A stretch of 64,000 nucleotides of DNA from Mobula hypostoma (taxonomy: Eukaryota), in contig NC_086101.1 of the NCBI RefSeq assembly GCF_963921235.1, forward strand, positions 11,162,001 to 11,226,000. The letters are read 5' to 3'. The translations under genes were made by a program, and so were the position numbers. Under the pieces are notes generated by a model. It saw only the letters and a program-made list of their open reading frames with translations, made no database searches and was not told the DNA's origin. This document shows, in pieces, positions 13,901 to 28,900 of the stretch (position 1 is its first letter; every line of letters begins with the position of its first letter).

Positions 13901-16900
13901 TAAGCTTCTCTTTTCTTCTTGACTAGATTCACAACAACCTTTGTACATTACAGTTCCTGTACCCTACCATCCTTTCCCTGTCTTATTGGAACGTACCTAT
14001 GCGGGATGTCACACAAATATCCCCTGAACATTTGCCCACATTCCTGCGTACATTTCCCCGAGAACACTGTTCCCAATTTGTGCTTCCAAGTTCCTGCCTG
14101 ATAGCTTCATATTTCCCCTTATTCCATTAAAAAGCTTTCTGAACTTGTCTGTTCCTATCTCTCGCCAATGCTATGGTAAAGGAGATAGAATTGTGATCAC
14201 TGTCTCCAAAATGCTCTCCCACTGAGAGATCTGACACCTGACCAGGTTCATTTCCCAATACCAGATCAAGTACAGCATCTCCTTTTGTAGGCTTATCTAC
14301 ATATTGTGTCAGGAAATGTTCCTGAACACACCTACAAACTCCACCCCATCTGAACCCCTTGCTCTAGGAAGATGCCAAACAATATTTGGGAAATTAAAAT
14401 CTCCCACCACGATGACCCTGTTACTATTACACCTTTCCAGAATCTGTCTTCCTATCTGCTCCTAGATGTCCCTGTGACGCTATCTCTGATCAGCAGTGCC
14501 ATGCTCCCACCTCTTTTGAGTCCCTCCCTGTCTGAAACATCTGAAGCCTGGCACTCTAACTAACCATTCCAGCCCTTTAGTCATCTAAGTCTGTAATGGT
14601 CACAACATCATAGCTCCAAGTACTGATCCATGCTCTATGCTCATCCGCCTTGTTCATGATGCTTTTTGCATTAAAATAGACACATCTCAAACCATCGGTC
14701 TGAGCGTATCCATTCTCTATCACCTGCCTATCCTCCCTCTCACACTGTCTACAAACTTTCTCCATTTGTGAGCCAACCACCTCTTCCACTGTCTCTTCAG
14801 TTCGGGTCCCGCACCCCCAGCAATTCTAGTTTAAACTTTCCTGAATAGCCCTAGCAAACCTCCCCGCCAGGATATTGGTTCTCCTCAAATTCAAGTGCAA
14901 CCCATCCTTTTTGTACAGGTCACACCTGCCCCAAAAGAGGTCCCAATGATCCAGAAATGTGAATCCCTGCCCCCTGCTCCAATCCCTCAGCCACGCATTT
15001 ATTCTCCACCTCATTCTATTCCTATACTCACTGTCGCATGGCACAGGCAGTAATCCCAAGATTACTACCTTGAGGTCCTGCTTCTCAACTTCCTTCCTAA
15101 CTGCCTGTGGTCTGTTTTCAGGATCTCCTCCCTTTTCCTACCTATGTCATTGGTACCAATACGCACCACAACCTCTGGCTGTTCTCCTTCCCACTTCAGG
15201 ATACCGTGAACACGATCAGAAACATCTTGAACCCTGGCATCTGGGAGGCAAGCTACCATCAATGTTTCTATCCTGAGTCCACAGAATCGCCTGTCTGACC
15301 CCCTAACTGTAGAGTCCCCTATCACTGCTGCCATCCTCTTCCTTTCCCTATCCTTCTGAGCCGCAGGGCCAGACTTCGTGCTAGATGCGCGGCCACTGTT
15401 GCTTCCCCCATGTAGGCTGTTGCCCCCAACAGTACCAGTACTCAAACAGGAGTACTTATTGTTGAGGGGGACAGCCACAGGGGTGCTTTCTTGCCTCTGA
15501 CTCCTGACCTTCCCTCTCCAGACTGTTACCCACTTATCTGTCTCCCGAGGCCCCAGTGAGCCTGTAGCTCCTCTCTATCACCTCCTCACCGTCCCTGACC
15601 AGAGGAAGGTCATCAAGCTGCACCTCCATTTCCCTAAGGAGCTGCAGCTTGACGCACCTGGTGCATATCTGGCTGTTCAGGAGTCTGCGAGTCTCCCTGA
15701 CATCCCACATCTGACAAGTACAGAACACCGTCCTCACAGACATACTTCCTATCCCTATTCTTCACAAGCTATCTACCTTGCCTCGACCTGTTATCGCCAA
15801 AGCTCTGTTCAACCAAAGCCCTCCTACTCTGTCTCCCTCTACTCTGACACCCACTCTATAAAACTGTCTTCTTGTAAATCCTTCCCGCTGGTCTAACTCG
15901 CTGACGTCCACACACCTGTGCAGTTATGCCTCAATCTAGACTTTTAAACATTGAAATCGTGATCGCATGCACCACTTGTGTTAGCAGCGCAGTCCACACT
16001 CTCACGACCCTATGAATGAAAAAGTTTCCCCTCCTCTTCCCCTTGAACTTCTCACCTTTCACCCTGAACCCATGACATTTGGTTGTAGTCTTACCCAACC
16101 TCTGGAAAAAGCCCACCTTCATTTATTTTATATATAGCCTTATAATTTTATACACCTCTGTCAAATCTCATCCCAATCTTCTATGTTCCGAAGAATACAA
16201 TCCTAACCTATTCTATCTTTCCTTATCATTCGGGTCCTCCAGATGTGGCAACATCCTTGTGAATTTTCCTTGTACTCTTTCAACCACGTTTACATCTTTC
16301 CTGTAAGTAGGTGACCAAAATGCATACAATACTCCGAATTAAGCCTCACCAACGCCTTAAACATTATCAACATAACATCCCATCTGCTGAACTCAATATA
16401 TTGATTCATGAAGGCCAACGTTGCAGAAGCTTTCTACCTGTGAGATGGCTTTCAACAAATTATGTATCTGTATTCCCAGATCCCTTTATTTACCCACACT
16501 CCTCCATGCCCTACCATTCACTATGTAAAACCTACCCTGGTTGGTCCTATTGAAGTGCAAAACCTTGTACTTCTCTGCACCAAATTCCCTCTGCTGTTTT
16601 TCAGCCCGTTTTCCCAGCTGATGCAGATCCCTTTGCAAGTCACGATAGCCTTCCTCACAGTCCACTACACTCTCAATCTGGGTGTCATCCACAAATATAC
16701 TGATCCAGTTAGCCACATCTTCATCTGGATCAATGAAATACTGTAGATGGCAAACAGCAAAGGACCCAGCACTGATCATACTCATAGTCATAGTCATACT
16801 TTATTGATCCCAGTGGAAATTGGTTTTCGTTACAGTTGCACCATAAGTAATAAATAGTAATAGAAATACTAATAGTAGTACTACTATTAGTAAATAGTAA

Positions 16901-19900
16901 TAGTCATGGAAATAATAAATAGTAATAAATAGTTAAATAGTAATATGTAAATTATGCCAGTAAATTATGAAATAAATCCTGGACCAGCCTATCCTTGCAG
17001 GTAGGTTTGCTAGCATGGTTCTGGAGGGTTTAAATTAATTTGCGAGGGGGATGGGACCCAGAGCGATAGAGCAGTGAAAGAAGTGCATGGAGTAAAGCCA
17101 GATCTAACATACAGAGAGGCTTTGAGGAAAGAGAAGCAGAATAAACGGTGTAAAGACAGTAAGGTAGAAGGGCTGAAATGTGTGTACCTCAATGCAAGAA
17201 GCATCAGGAACAAATGTGATGAACTGAGAGCTTGGATACATACATGGAATTATGATGTAGTGGCCATTACAGAGACTTGGCTGGCACCAGGGCAGGAATG
17301 GATTCTCAATATTCCTGGATTTCAGTGCTTTAAAAGGGATAGAGAGGGCGGAAAAAGGGAAGGAGGGGTGGCATTACTGGTCAGGGATACTAGTACAGTA
17401 CAGAAAGGGTGGGTAATGTAGCAGGATCCTCTTTTGAGTCAATATGGGTGGAAGTCAGGAACAGGAAGGGAGCAGTTTCTCTATTGGGGGTATTCTATAG
17501 GCCCCCTGGTAGCAGCAGAGATACAGAGGAGCAGATTGGGAGGCAGATTTTGGAAAGGTGCAAAAATAACAGGGTTGTTATCATGGGTGACTTTAACTTC
17601 CCTAATATTGATTGGCACCTGATTAGTTCCAAGGGTTTAGATGGGGCAGAGTTTGTTAAGTGTGTTCAAGACAGGTTCCTGTCACAGTATGTGGACAGGC
17701 CGACCAGGGGGAATGCCATACTAGATCTAGTTCTAGGTAATGAACTGGGTCAGGTCACAGATCTCTCAGTGGGTGAGCATCTGGGGGGCAGTGACCACCG
17801 CTTCCTGGCCTTTAGCATTATCATGGAAAAGGATAGAATCAGAGAGGACAGGAAAATATTTAATTGGGGAAAGGCAAATTATGAGGCTATGAGGCTAGAA
17901 CTTGTGAGTGTGAATTGGGATGATGTTTTTGCAGGGAAATGTACTATGGACATTTGGTCAATGTTTAGAGATCTCTTGCGGAATGTTAGGGATAAATTTG
18001 TCCCGGTGAGGAAGATAAAGACTGATAGGGTGAAGGAACCATGGGTGACAAGTGAGGTGGAAAATCTAGTCAGGTGGAAGAAGGCAGCATACATGAGGTT
18101 TAGGAAGCAAGGATCAGATGGGTCTACTGAGGAAAATAGGGAAGCAAGAAAGGAGCTTAAGAAGGGGCTGAGGAGAGCAAGAAGGGGGCATGAGAAGGCC
18201 TTGGCGAGTAGGGTAAAGGAAAACCCCAAGGATTCTTCAATTATGTGAAGAAAAAAAGGATGACAAGAGTGAAGGTAGGACCAATTAGAGATAAAGGTGG
18301 GAAGATGTGCCTGGAGGCTATGGAAGTGAACGAGGTCCTCAATGAATACTTCTCTTCGGTATTCACCAATGAGAGGGAACTTGATGACGGTGAGGACAAC
18401 ATGAGTGAGGTTGATGTTCTGGAGCACGTTGATATTAAGGGAGAGGAGGTGTTGGCGTTGTTAAAATACATTAGGACAGATAAGTCCCCGGGGCCTGACG
18501 GAATATTCCTGAGGCTGCTCCACGAGGCGAGAGAAGAGGTTGCTGCGCCTTTGGCTAGGATCTTTATGTCCTCGTTGTCCACGGGAATGGTACTGGAGGA
18601 TTGGAGGGAGGCGAATGTGGTCCCCTTGTTCAAAAAAGGTAGTAGGGATAGTCCGGGTAATTATAGACCAGTGAGTCTTACGTCTGTGGTGGGAAAGCTG
18701 TTGGAAAAGATTCTTAGAGATAGGATCTATGGGCATTTAGAGAATCATGGTCTGATCAGGGACAGTCAGCATGGCTTTGTGAAGGGCAGATCGTGTCTAA
18801 CAAGCCTGATAGAGTTCTCTGAGGAGGTGACCAGGCATATAGATGAGGGTAGTGCAGTGGATGTGATCTATATGGATTTTAGTAAGGCATTTGACAAGGT
18901 TCCACACGGTAGGCTTATTCAGAAAGTTAGAAGGCATGGGATCCAGGGAAGTTTGGCCAGGTGGATTCAGAATTGGCTTGCCTGCAGAAGGCAGAGGATG
19001 GTGGTGGAGGGAGTACATTCAGATTAGAGGATTGTGACTAGTGGTGTCCCACAAGGATCTGTTCTGGGACCTCTACTTTTCGTGATTTTTATTAACGACC
19101 TGGATGTTGGGGTAGAAGGGTGGGTTGGCAAGTGTTGTAATCAGTGTCGAGGATTGGCAAAGATTGCAAAGAGACATTGATAGGATGCAGAAGTGGGCTG
19201 AGAAGCGGTAGATGGAGTTCAACCCGGAGAAGTGTGAGGTGGCACACTTTGGAATGACAAACTCCAAGGCAGAGTACAAAGTAAATGGCAGGATACTTGG
19301 TAGTGTGGAGGAGCAGAGGGATCTCGGGGTACATGTCCAGAGATCCCTGAAAGTTGCCTCACAGGTCGATAGGGTAGTTAAGAAAGCTTATGGGGTGTTA
19401 GCTTTCATAAGTCGAGGGACAGAGTTTAAGAGTCGCGATGTAATGATGCAGCTCTATAAAACTCTGGTTAGGCCACACTTGGAGTACTGTGTCCAGTTCT
19501 GGTCACCTCACTATAGGAAGGATGTGGAAGCATTGGAAAGGGTACAGAGGAGATTTACCAGGATGCTGTCTTGTTTAGAAAGTATGCATTATGATCAGAG
19601 ATTAAGGGAGCTAGGGCTTTACTAGTGAAGTTTAAGAGACTACTAGACAGGTATATGGAGGAATTTAAGGTGGGGGGTTATATGGGAGGCAGGGTTTGAG
19701 GGTCGGCACAACATTGTGGGCCGAAGGGCATGTACTGTGCTGTACTATTCTATGTTCTGTGTTCTATCGGCTCAGGGTGTCTGACCATCCAAGGGAGGAG
19801 TTGTGAAGTTTGATGCTCTGTGTTGCATCTCGGAGGAATGAGTCTCTGGCTGAATGTACTCCTGTGCCCACCCAGTACATTATGTAGTGGATGGGAGACA

Positions 19901-22900
19901 TTGACCAAGATGGCATGCAACTTAGACAGCATCCTCTTTTCAGACACTACCGTGAGAGAGTCCAGTTCCATCCCCACATCATCACTGGCCTTACGAATGA
20001 GCTTGTTGATCCGGTATCACGCCACTAGTCACAGGCCTCCAGTCAGAGAGGCAACCTTCTACCACCACTCTCTGGCTTCTCCCATAAAGCCAATGTCTAA
20101 TCCAATTTACTAGTTCATTCTGAATGCCGAGCAACTGAACCTTCTTGGCCAGCCTCCCATGTGGGCCCTTGTCAAATGCCTTACTAAAGTCCATGTGTAT
20201 AACATCAAATGCCTTATCTTCATCAATTTTCTTTGAACAACTCTTTAAGATTGGTTGGACATGCCCTACCACACATGAAGCCATGCTGACTATCCTTAAT
20301 CAGTCCATGTCTATCCAAATACAGTGCCTATCAAAAGTACTCCTCCCACCCCCAAAGTTTGCATATTTTATTGCTTTACAACATTAAATATCAGCAGATT
20401 TAATTTGGCTTTTTGACTCTGATTAACAGCAAAGACTCTTTCATGTAAAGTGAATGCAAATTTCTACAAATTGGTCTAAATTTATTCCAAATATTACAAA
20501 CTAATGGATTGTGTAATTACTCACCCCACTTCAAAACTCCTCAAGCTCTGTCAGTTTGCATGGTGATCACGCGTGAACGGCCCTTTTGAAGTCCAGCCAG
20601 AAATTATCAATCGGATTGAGGTCTGGACTCTGACTTGGCCACTTGAGGGCATTAACTTTGTTGTTTTCAAGCTATTCCTCTGTAGCTGTGACTTTATAGC
20701 TGTCTCTATTTCCTGAGGAGACTGAGGTCTTTTAACATCTGTCGGACGATGCTGAGGATGTTCTACGGGCCTGTGGTGGCCAGTGTGATCATGTTTGCTG
20801 TTGTGTGCTGGGGCAGCAGGCTGAGGGTAGCAGACACCAACAGAATCAACAAACTCATTCGTAAGGCCAGTGATGTTGTGGGGATGGAACTGGACTCTCT
20901 GACGGTGGTGTCTGAAAAGAGGATGCTGTCCAAGTTGCATGCTATCTTGCTCAATGTCTCCCATCCACTACATAACGTACTGGTTGGGCACATGAGTACA
21001 TTCAGCCAGAGACTCATTCCTCCGAGATGCAGCACAGAGCGTCATAGGAAGTCATTCCTGCCTGTGGCCATCAAACTTTACAACTCCTCCCTTGGAGGGT
21101 CAGACACCCTGAGCCGATAGGCTGGTCCTGGACTTATTTCATAATTTACTGGCATGATTTACATATTACTATTTTAACTATTTATGGTTCTATTACTATT
21201 TATTACTTATGGTGCAACTGTAATGAAAACCAATTTCCCCCGGGATCAATAAAGTATGACTATGACTATTTATGCTTGGGGTCATTGTCTTGGTGGAAAA
21301 CAAATCTCCTAAGTTGCAGTTCTCTGGTAGACTGCATCAGATTTTCCTCCAGGATTTCCTTGTATTTTGCTGCATTCGTTTTACCCACAACCTTCAGAAG
21401 CCTTTCAGGGCGTGCTGCAGTGAAGCATCCCCACAGCATGATGTAGCCACCACTATTCTTCACAGTAGGGCTGGTGTGTTTAGTCTGATGGCCAAAAAGC
21501 TCAATTTTGGTTTCATTAGACAGTAGAACCTTCTAGCTGACTTCAGGGTTTCTCACGTGCCTTCTGGTGAACTCCAGATGAGATTCATGTGTTTTTTTAA
21601 ACAGTGGCTTTCACTTTGCCACTGTTCCACAAAGTTACAGCTGGTGAAGCACCCGGACAACAGTTGTTGTATGAACGGTCTCTCCGCTCTCAGCCACTGA
21701 AGCTTGTCACTTCTGCAGAGTTGTCATCGGTGTCTTGGTGGCCTCTCTCACTCGTCCTTTTCTTACATGGTCGCTGCGTTTTTGAATTAAATTGAATTGA
21801 CTTTGTTACTTACATCCTTCATGTACATGAGGACTGAAAACCTTTACGCAACATCTCCATCTAAATGTGCAATGTGCAATTTATAGTAATTTGTAATAAA
21901 TAGTATGTACAACAGGACAGTCAATATAACATAGAATTACAATTCTATCAGTGTGAATTAATCAGTCTGATGGCTTGGTGGAAAAAGCTGTCCCGGAGCC
22001 TGTTGGTCCTGATGTTTTGCAGTGGTACCGTTTCCCGGATGGTAGCAGCTGGAACAGCTGTGGCTTCAAAGACGCTTGCAAACTGCTGTGCAAAGAGAGT
22101 ACAGAGTACAGCAAAGTTATGTTCCTGTTAGAAAGAAGGATAAGAGAACCTTTGATGTCCATGGAGGTGATGAATTTCGTCAAGAAAAAGGAAACATATG
22201 TCAGGCTTTGGAAGTTAGGATCAGACGAAGCAAATGAGGTGTATAAAGAAGCCAGAAAACAACTAAAGAAGGGAATTAGGAAATTGGAGGGGCCATGAGA
22301 AATCCTTGGCTGGTAGGATTAAGGTGGATCGCAAGGCATTCTATAAATATGCCAAAAGCAAGAGGATAACACAGAATATTGACCACTCGGGGATTAAGGG
22401 GAACCTTTTCTTGGATGTGGAGATGTGAGTGAAGTACTTAATACTTTGCTTCAGTATTTACTAAGGAAAAGGATGTGGAGCACCAGGAGATCAGTGTTTC
22501 AGAATCAGGTTTGATATCACAGGCACAGTTTGAGAAATGTGTTAATTTAGCAGTAGTAGTACCGTGCAATACATTAAAATAAGAAAAAATAAGTAAATCA
22601 ATTACAGTAACTATATACTTGAATTGAATTGACTTTATTACTTACATCCTTCATATACATGGGGAGAAAATGTTTGATGTGCAATTTATAGTAATTTATA
22701 ATAAATATTCTCTGCAAACAGAATAGTCTACATAACATAGAAATACAGTTGTGTCAGCATGAATTAATTAGTCTGATGGTCTGGTGGAAGAAGCCGTCCC
22801 GGAGCCTGTTGGTCCTGGCTTTTATGCTGTGGTACCAGATGGTAGCAGCTGGAACAGCTTGTGGTTGAGGTGGCTCTGGTCCCCAATGATTCTTCAGGCC

Positions 22901-25900
22901 TTTTTACACACTTTTTGTAAATATCCTGAATAGTGGGAAGTTCACATCTACAGATGCGCCGGGCTGTCCACACCACTCTCTGCAGAGTTCTGTGATTGAG
23001 TGAGTACAGTTCCCCTAACAGGCAGTGATGCAGCCAGTCAAGATGTTCTCAATTGTGCCCCTGTAGAGTTCTTAAGATTTGGGGGCCCATACCAAACTCG
23101 GTATAACCACAAGACAGCGGAGCTTTGATGTTAGAGTTTTCCTTTTGCATGTTGATCTGCCAGCCTCAGCTGACAAGCCCCATCTACTCAAAGTGACTCG
23201 TTTTAAGCTGCCAGTAACCTGCTTTTGGCCCTTCTCCTGACAGTAGAAACCGTTCTGTCGGGCATGTAGACCGAGAGCTGGACTGGGTTGTCAGAGGCTA
23301 TTTGAGATGCACACCATTGGGAACATTAAATAGGTAGTGGGAGCTCATCCCCACAAACTGGCCTGGCTATAACAAACTGAAGGAACCAGTGATCTTATAG
23401 AGATGTATAAAATATTGATGGGCATAGAGAGGAAGAATTCACACAGTTTTCCCCCTCGGTTAAAGTATCAAGAGACCATGAGATATAGGAGCAAAATTAG
23501 GCCATTTGGCCCATTGAGTCTGCTCCACCATTTCATCATGGCTGATCCAATTTTCCTGTCTGCCCCCGATCTCCTGCCTTCTCCCTGTATCCTTCATGCC
23601 CTGACCTATCAAACATATATCAATTTCTGCCTTAAATATACAGAAAGACTTGGCCCCTGCAGCTGTCTGTGGCAAAGAATTCCACGGGTTCACCACTCTC
23701 TGGCTAAAGATATTCCTTCTCATCTCCATTCTAAAAGGACGCCCTTCTATTCTGATGCTGTCCCCTCTGGTAGTAGACTCTCCCACCATAGGAATAATCC
23801 TCTCCACATCCACTCTATCAAACTTTTCGCCATTTAATTGGTTTCAATGAGGAATATCAAGCAGTAGTAAATCAAGGCAACTAGACTTGCTGTGTTGTCT
23901 GATCCACAGTGGGTAGTTTTCTGGTTTATAATAGCTGGAAAACTTCCCACCATGGATTAGAACTGAAGAAGCCTCTCGGATGAATGGCAAAATGTCTTTC
24001 AAACAACTCGGCAAGTCCAGTTGCCTTGATTTACTATTGCTTGATATACAATGACCAAGGTACTGTATTTAAATGCGCATCGCATTGGAATAAGGTGGAC
24101 AAAATAGTGGCGCAATTAGAGATTGGTCGGTATGACGGTGTGTGGATCACTGAGTTGCAGCCGAAAGAAGGCAATAGTTGGGAGTTTAACATCGAAGGGT
24201 ATATCTTGTATCAAAAGGAAAGGCAGGAAGGCATTGTTGGTGGCGTGCCTCTGTGTGTAAGAGATGGAATTGCATCTTTAGAAGGAGGTGGCATAATGTT
24301 AGAGAATGTTGAATTTTTGTGGGTGGAGTTAAGAAATTGCAAGGATTAAAAAGTCCATTGTGGGAATCATATATAAGCCTCCAAATAGTAGCCAAGATGT
24401 GGGTTGAGATTGCAAAGGGAGCTGGAAAAGGGTCATAAGGGTAATGTCACAATTGTAATGGGGGACTTCAATATGCAAGGGGATTGGGAAAATCAGGTTG
24501 GTGTCAGATCACAAGGGAGGGAATTTGTTGAATGCCTATGAGATGGCTTTTTAAAGCAGCTGTGCTTCAGCCTGCTGGAGGAAAGGTTATCTGAGATTGG
24601 ATATTGTGAAATAACCCAGATCTTATTAGGGAGATGAACATAAAGGAACCCTTAGGAGGCAGTGATTGCAATAGGATGCAATTTGAGAGGGAGAACCATA
24701 ACTCACATGTATCTGTATCGCGATGGAATAGAGAGAATTGCAGGTGCATGAGGAGGGAGCTTGCCCAGGTGGATTGGAGGAGGATATTGGCAGGGATGAC
24801 CCTGGGATGTAGTCTTATGGGGACTTATGTAGGAGACTTTTGGGGATGACGGCGGCGCAGAGATGGCTGAAGTTTCTGGGAATATTTCACAAGGTGCATG
24901 ATAGATATGTCCCAGAGAGGAAAGAGTTCCCAAATGGCAGGGGTAAGCAACTGTGGATGACAAAGGAGGTTAAGGACTGCATATATGCCAAATAAAGTGC
25001 ATATATGATAGCAAAAGTGAATGGGAAGTTCAATGATTTAAAATCCAACAAAAAGGCAACTAAAAAAGCTATAAGGAAAAGATGAAATATGAAAGCAGAC
25101 AAGCCAGTAATATAAAGCAGAATACCAAAAGTTCATTTTCAGTTTAGTAAAGAGTAAAAGAGATGTGAGAGTTGATATTGGACGACTGAAAGAGGAAGCT
25201 GGCGAAGTAATAATGGGGGACAAAAAAAATGGCAGATGAACTTAATGGGTACTTTGCATCTGTCTACACTGTGAAAGACACCAGCAGTTTGCCTGACATA
25301 CGTGAGTGTCAGGGAGCAGGAGTGAGTGCCATTGCATTTACAAAGGAAAACGTGCAAGGCAAGCTCAAAGTTGCATAAGACAGATTCCTCAGAGAGGTTG
25401 TTGAAGAGATATTGGATGCATTGGTCATGACCTTTCAAGGATCACTTGATTCTGACTTGGTCCTGGAGGACTGGAAAATTTCAAATGACTTCACTCTTCA
25501 AGAAGGGAAGAAAGCAAAAGAAAGGAAATTATAGGCCAGTTTGCCTAACCTCAGTGGATTGGGAAAGTGTTGGAGTCTTATTGTTAGGGACGAAGTTTTG
25601 AGGTACTTGGAGACTAATGATAAAATAAGTAAAGTCAGCATGGTTTCTGTGAAGAGAAATCATGCCTGAAAAATCTGTTAGAGTTCTTTGAGGAAGAAGC
25701 AGGGTGGACAAAGGAGAGACAGTGGATGTCATTTACTTGGATTTTCAGAGGGCATTTGATAGGGTGCCACACATGAGGCTGCTTAACAAGATAAAATCCT
25801 GTGGCGTTACAGGAAGGATACTGGCATGGATAGTGACAGGCAGGAGGCAGTGAGTGGAAATAAAGGGGGCCTTTTCTGGTTGGCTGCCGGTGACTAGTGG

Positions 25901-28900
25901 TGTTCCCCAGGGATGAGTATTGAGACTGCTACTTTTCACATTGTTTGTCAGTGATTTAGATAATGGAATTGATGGTTTTGTGGCAAAGTCTGTGGATGAT
26001 ATGAAGAGAGATGGAGGGGTAGGTAGTACTGAGGAAGCAATGCGGTTGCAGCAGGACTTGGACAAATTGGAAGAATAGGCAAAAATGGCAGATGGAATAC
26101 AGTATTGTGAGGTGTATGATAGTGCATTTTGGTAAAAGGAACAGCAGTGTGGACTATTATCTAAATGGGAAGAAGGTTCAAACATCAGAAGTGCAGAGGG
26201 ACTTGGGAGTTCTCGTGCAAGACTCCCGGAGGGTAATTTACAGGTTGAGCCTGGGGTAAAGAAGGCACATGCAATGTTGGTATTTATTTCAAGGGGAATA
26301 GAATATAAAAGCAAGGAGATAATACCTAGCCTTTATAAGACACTGGTCAGGCCACAGTTTTGGGCCCCATATCTCACAAAGAATATGATGTCATTGGAAA
26401 GAGCCAAGAGGAGGTTGACGAGGATGTGTCCAGGAATGAAGTGGTTAACATATGAGGAGTGTTTGGCAGCTTTGGGTGTGGACCCACTGGAATTTAGAAG
26501 AATGCATGGGGATCTCATTGAAACCTACCGAATGTTGAGTTTACCAGGATTCCAGACCTAATCAGTTCCCCTCTACCACCACTCTGCTCTGTCTAGCGGA
26601 ATTAGTCCTTACTCTTAATAATTTCTCCTTTGGCTCCTCCCACTTCCTCCAAACTAAAGGTGTAGCTATGGGCACTCGTATGGGTCCTAGCTATGCCTGC
26701 CTTTTTGTTGGCTTTGTGGAACAATCTATGTTCCGTGCCTATTCTGGTATCTGTCCTCCACTTTTCCTTCGCTACATCGACGACTGCATTGGCGCTGCTT
26801 CCTGCACACATGCAGAGCTCGTTGATTTTATTAACTTTGCCTCCAGCTTTCACCCTGCCCTCAAGTTTACCTGGTCCATTTCCGACACCTCCCTCCCCTT
26901 TCTAGATCTTTCTGTCTCTGTCTCTGGAGACAGCTTATCCACTGATATCTACTATAAGCCTACTGACTCTCACAGCTATCTGGACTATTCCTCTTCTCAC
27001 CCTGTCTCTTGCAAAAACGCCATCCCCTTCTCGCAATTCCTCCGTCTCTGCCATATCTGCTCTCAGGATGAGGCTTTTCATTCTAGGACGAGGGAGATAT
27101 CTTCCTTTTTTAAAGAAAGGGGCTTCCCTTCCTCCACTATCAACTCTGCTCTTAAACGCATCTCCCCCATTTCACGTACATCTGCTCTCACTCCATCCTC
27201 CCGCCACCCCACTAGGAATAGAGTTCCCCTGGTCCTCACCTACCACCCCACCAGCCTCCGAATCCAACATATTATTCTCCGTAACTTCCGCCACCTCCAA
27301 CGGGATCCCACCACTAAGCACGTCTTTCCCTCCCCGCGCTCTCTGCATTCCGCAGGGATCGCTCCCTACGCAACTCCCTTGTCCATTCGTCCCCCCCATC
27401 TCTCCCCACTGATCTCCCTCCTGGCACTTATCCGTGTAAGCGGAACAAGTGCTATACATGCCCTTACACTTCCTCCCTTACCACCATTCAGGGCCCCAAA
27501 CAGTCCTTCCAGGTGAGGCGACACTTCACCTGTGAGTCGACTGGGGTGATATACTGCGTCCGGTGCTCCTGATGTGGCCTTTTATATATTGGCGAGACCC
27601 GACGCAGACTGGGAGACCGCTTTGCTGAACACCTATGCTCTGTCCTCCAGAGAAAGCAGGATCTCCCAGTGGCCACACATTTTAATTCCACATCCCATTC
27701 CCATTCTGACATGTCTATCCATGGCCTCCTCTACTGTAAAGATGAAGCCACACTCAGGTTGGAGGAACAACACCTTATATTCTGTCTGGGTAGCCTCCAA
27801 CCTGATGGCATGAACATCGACTTCTCTAACTTCCGCTAATGCCCAACCTCCCCCTCGTACCCCATCTGTTACTTATTTTTATACACACATTCTTTCTCTC
27901 ACTCTCCTTTTTCTCCCTCTGTCCCTCTGACTATACCCATTGCCCATCCTCTGGGTTCCCCCCCACCTTGTCTTTCTTCCCGGACCTCCTGTCCCATGAT
28001 CCTCTCGTATCCCTTTTGCCAATCACCTGTCCAGCTCTTGGCTCCATCCCTCCCCCTCCTGTCTTCTCCTATCATTCTGGATATCCCCCCTCCCCCTCCC
28101 ACTTTCAAATCCCTTACTCACTCTTCCTTCAGTTAGTCCTGACGAAGGGTCTCGGCCTGAAATGTCGACTGTACCTTTTCCTAGAGATGCTGCATTCGCC
28201 AGCAACTTTTATGTGTGTTGCTTGCCAGGATACTGATTCACCAGCAGTTGGTCCTTCCAGATACAGGTGTATTTTTACTGCAGTCATTTGAAACACCTTG
28301 ACTGTACACAGGTCTCCAAAAACAGATCTCTGTTTAACTAATTATGTGACTTCTAAGAACCATTTTGTTCCACCAGTGATGATTTTGTGTGTCATATTAA
28401 TGGGAGTGAATACTTATGCAATCAATTATTCTATGTTTTATATTTGTAATAAACTTAGATCATTTTCACTGTGACACAAAAGAATCTTTTTCTGTTAATC
28501 AGTTTCAAAAATTGCTGAATTAGGTCACCTGTGATTCAATGCTGTAAAACAGTAAAATCTGAGAACTTCCAAGGGGGCGTGAATACTTTTTATAGGCCCT
28601 GTATTTTTATATATATATATGGTTTCTTTCAATACCTTCAGATAACTTTCCCAGAACTAATGTCAGACTCACCAGCCTATAATTTCCCTGGTTTATATTC
28701 AGAGCCTGTTTTAAACAACGTAGTAACATTGTCTATACTACAATCCTCTGATACCTCCCCTATTGCAAAGGATATTTTAAATACCTCTGCTGGGGCCCCA
28801 GCAATTCCTGCATACCTCCTGTAAGGGTCTGAGGGAACACCTTGCCAGTCCCTGGAGATTTAACCACCCTGATTTGTGTCAGGGTAGCAAATACCTCCTC

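Larger units (their letters stand above)
20322..28601 (-). mobile_element. Tc1/mariner DNA transposon expanded by nested insertions
   Basis: TA|CAGTGCCTATCAAAAGTACTC at the left end and GAATACTTTTTATAGGCCCTG|TA at the right end are matching long TIRs. Transposase relics on the - strand: [10 protein letters not shown]...[10 protein letters not shown] (21266-21463) and [13 protein letters not shown] (about 20600-20645). Confidence 0.82.
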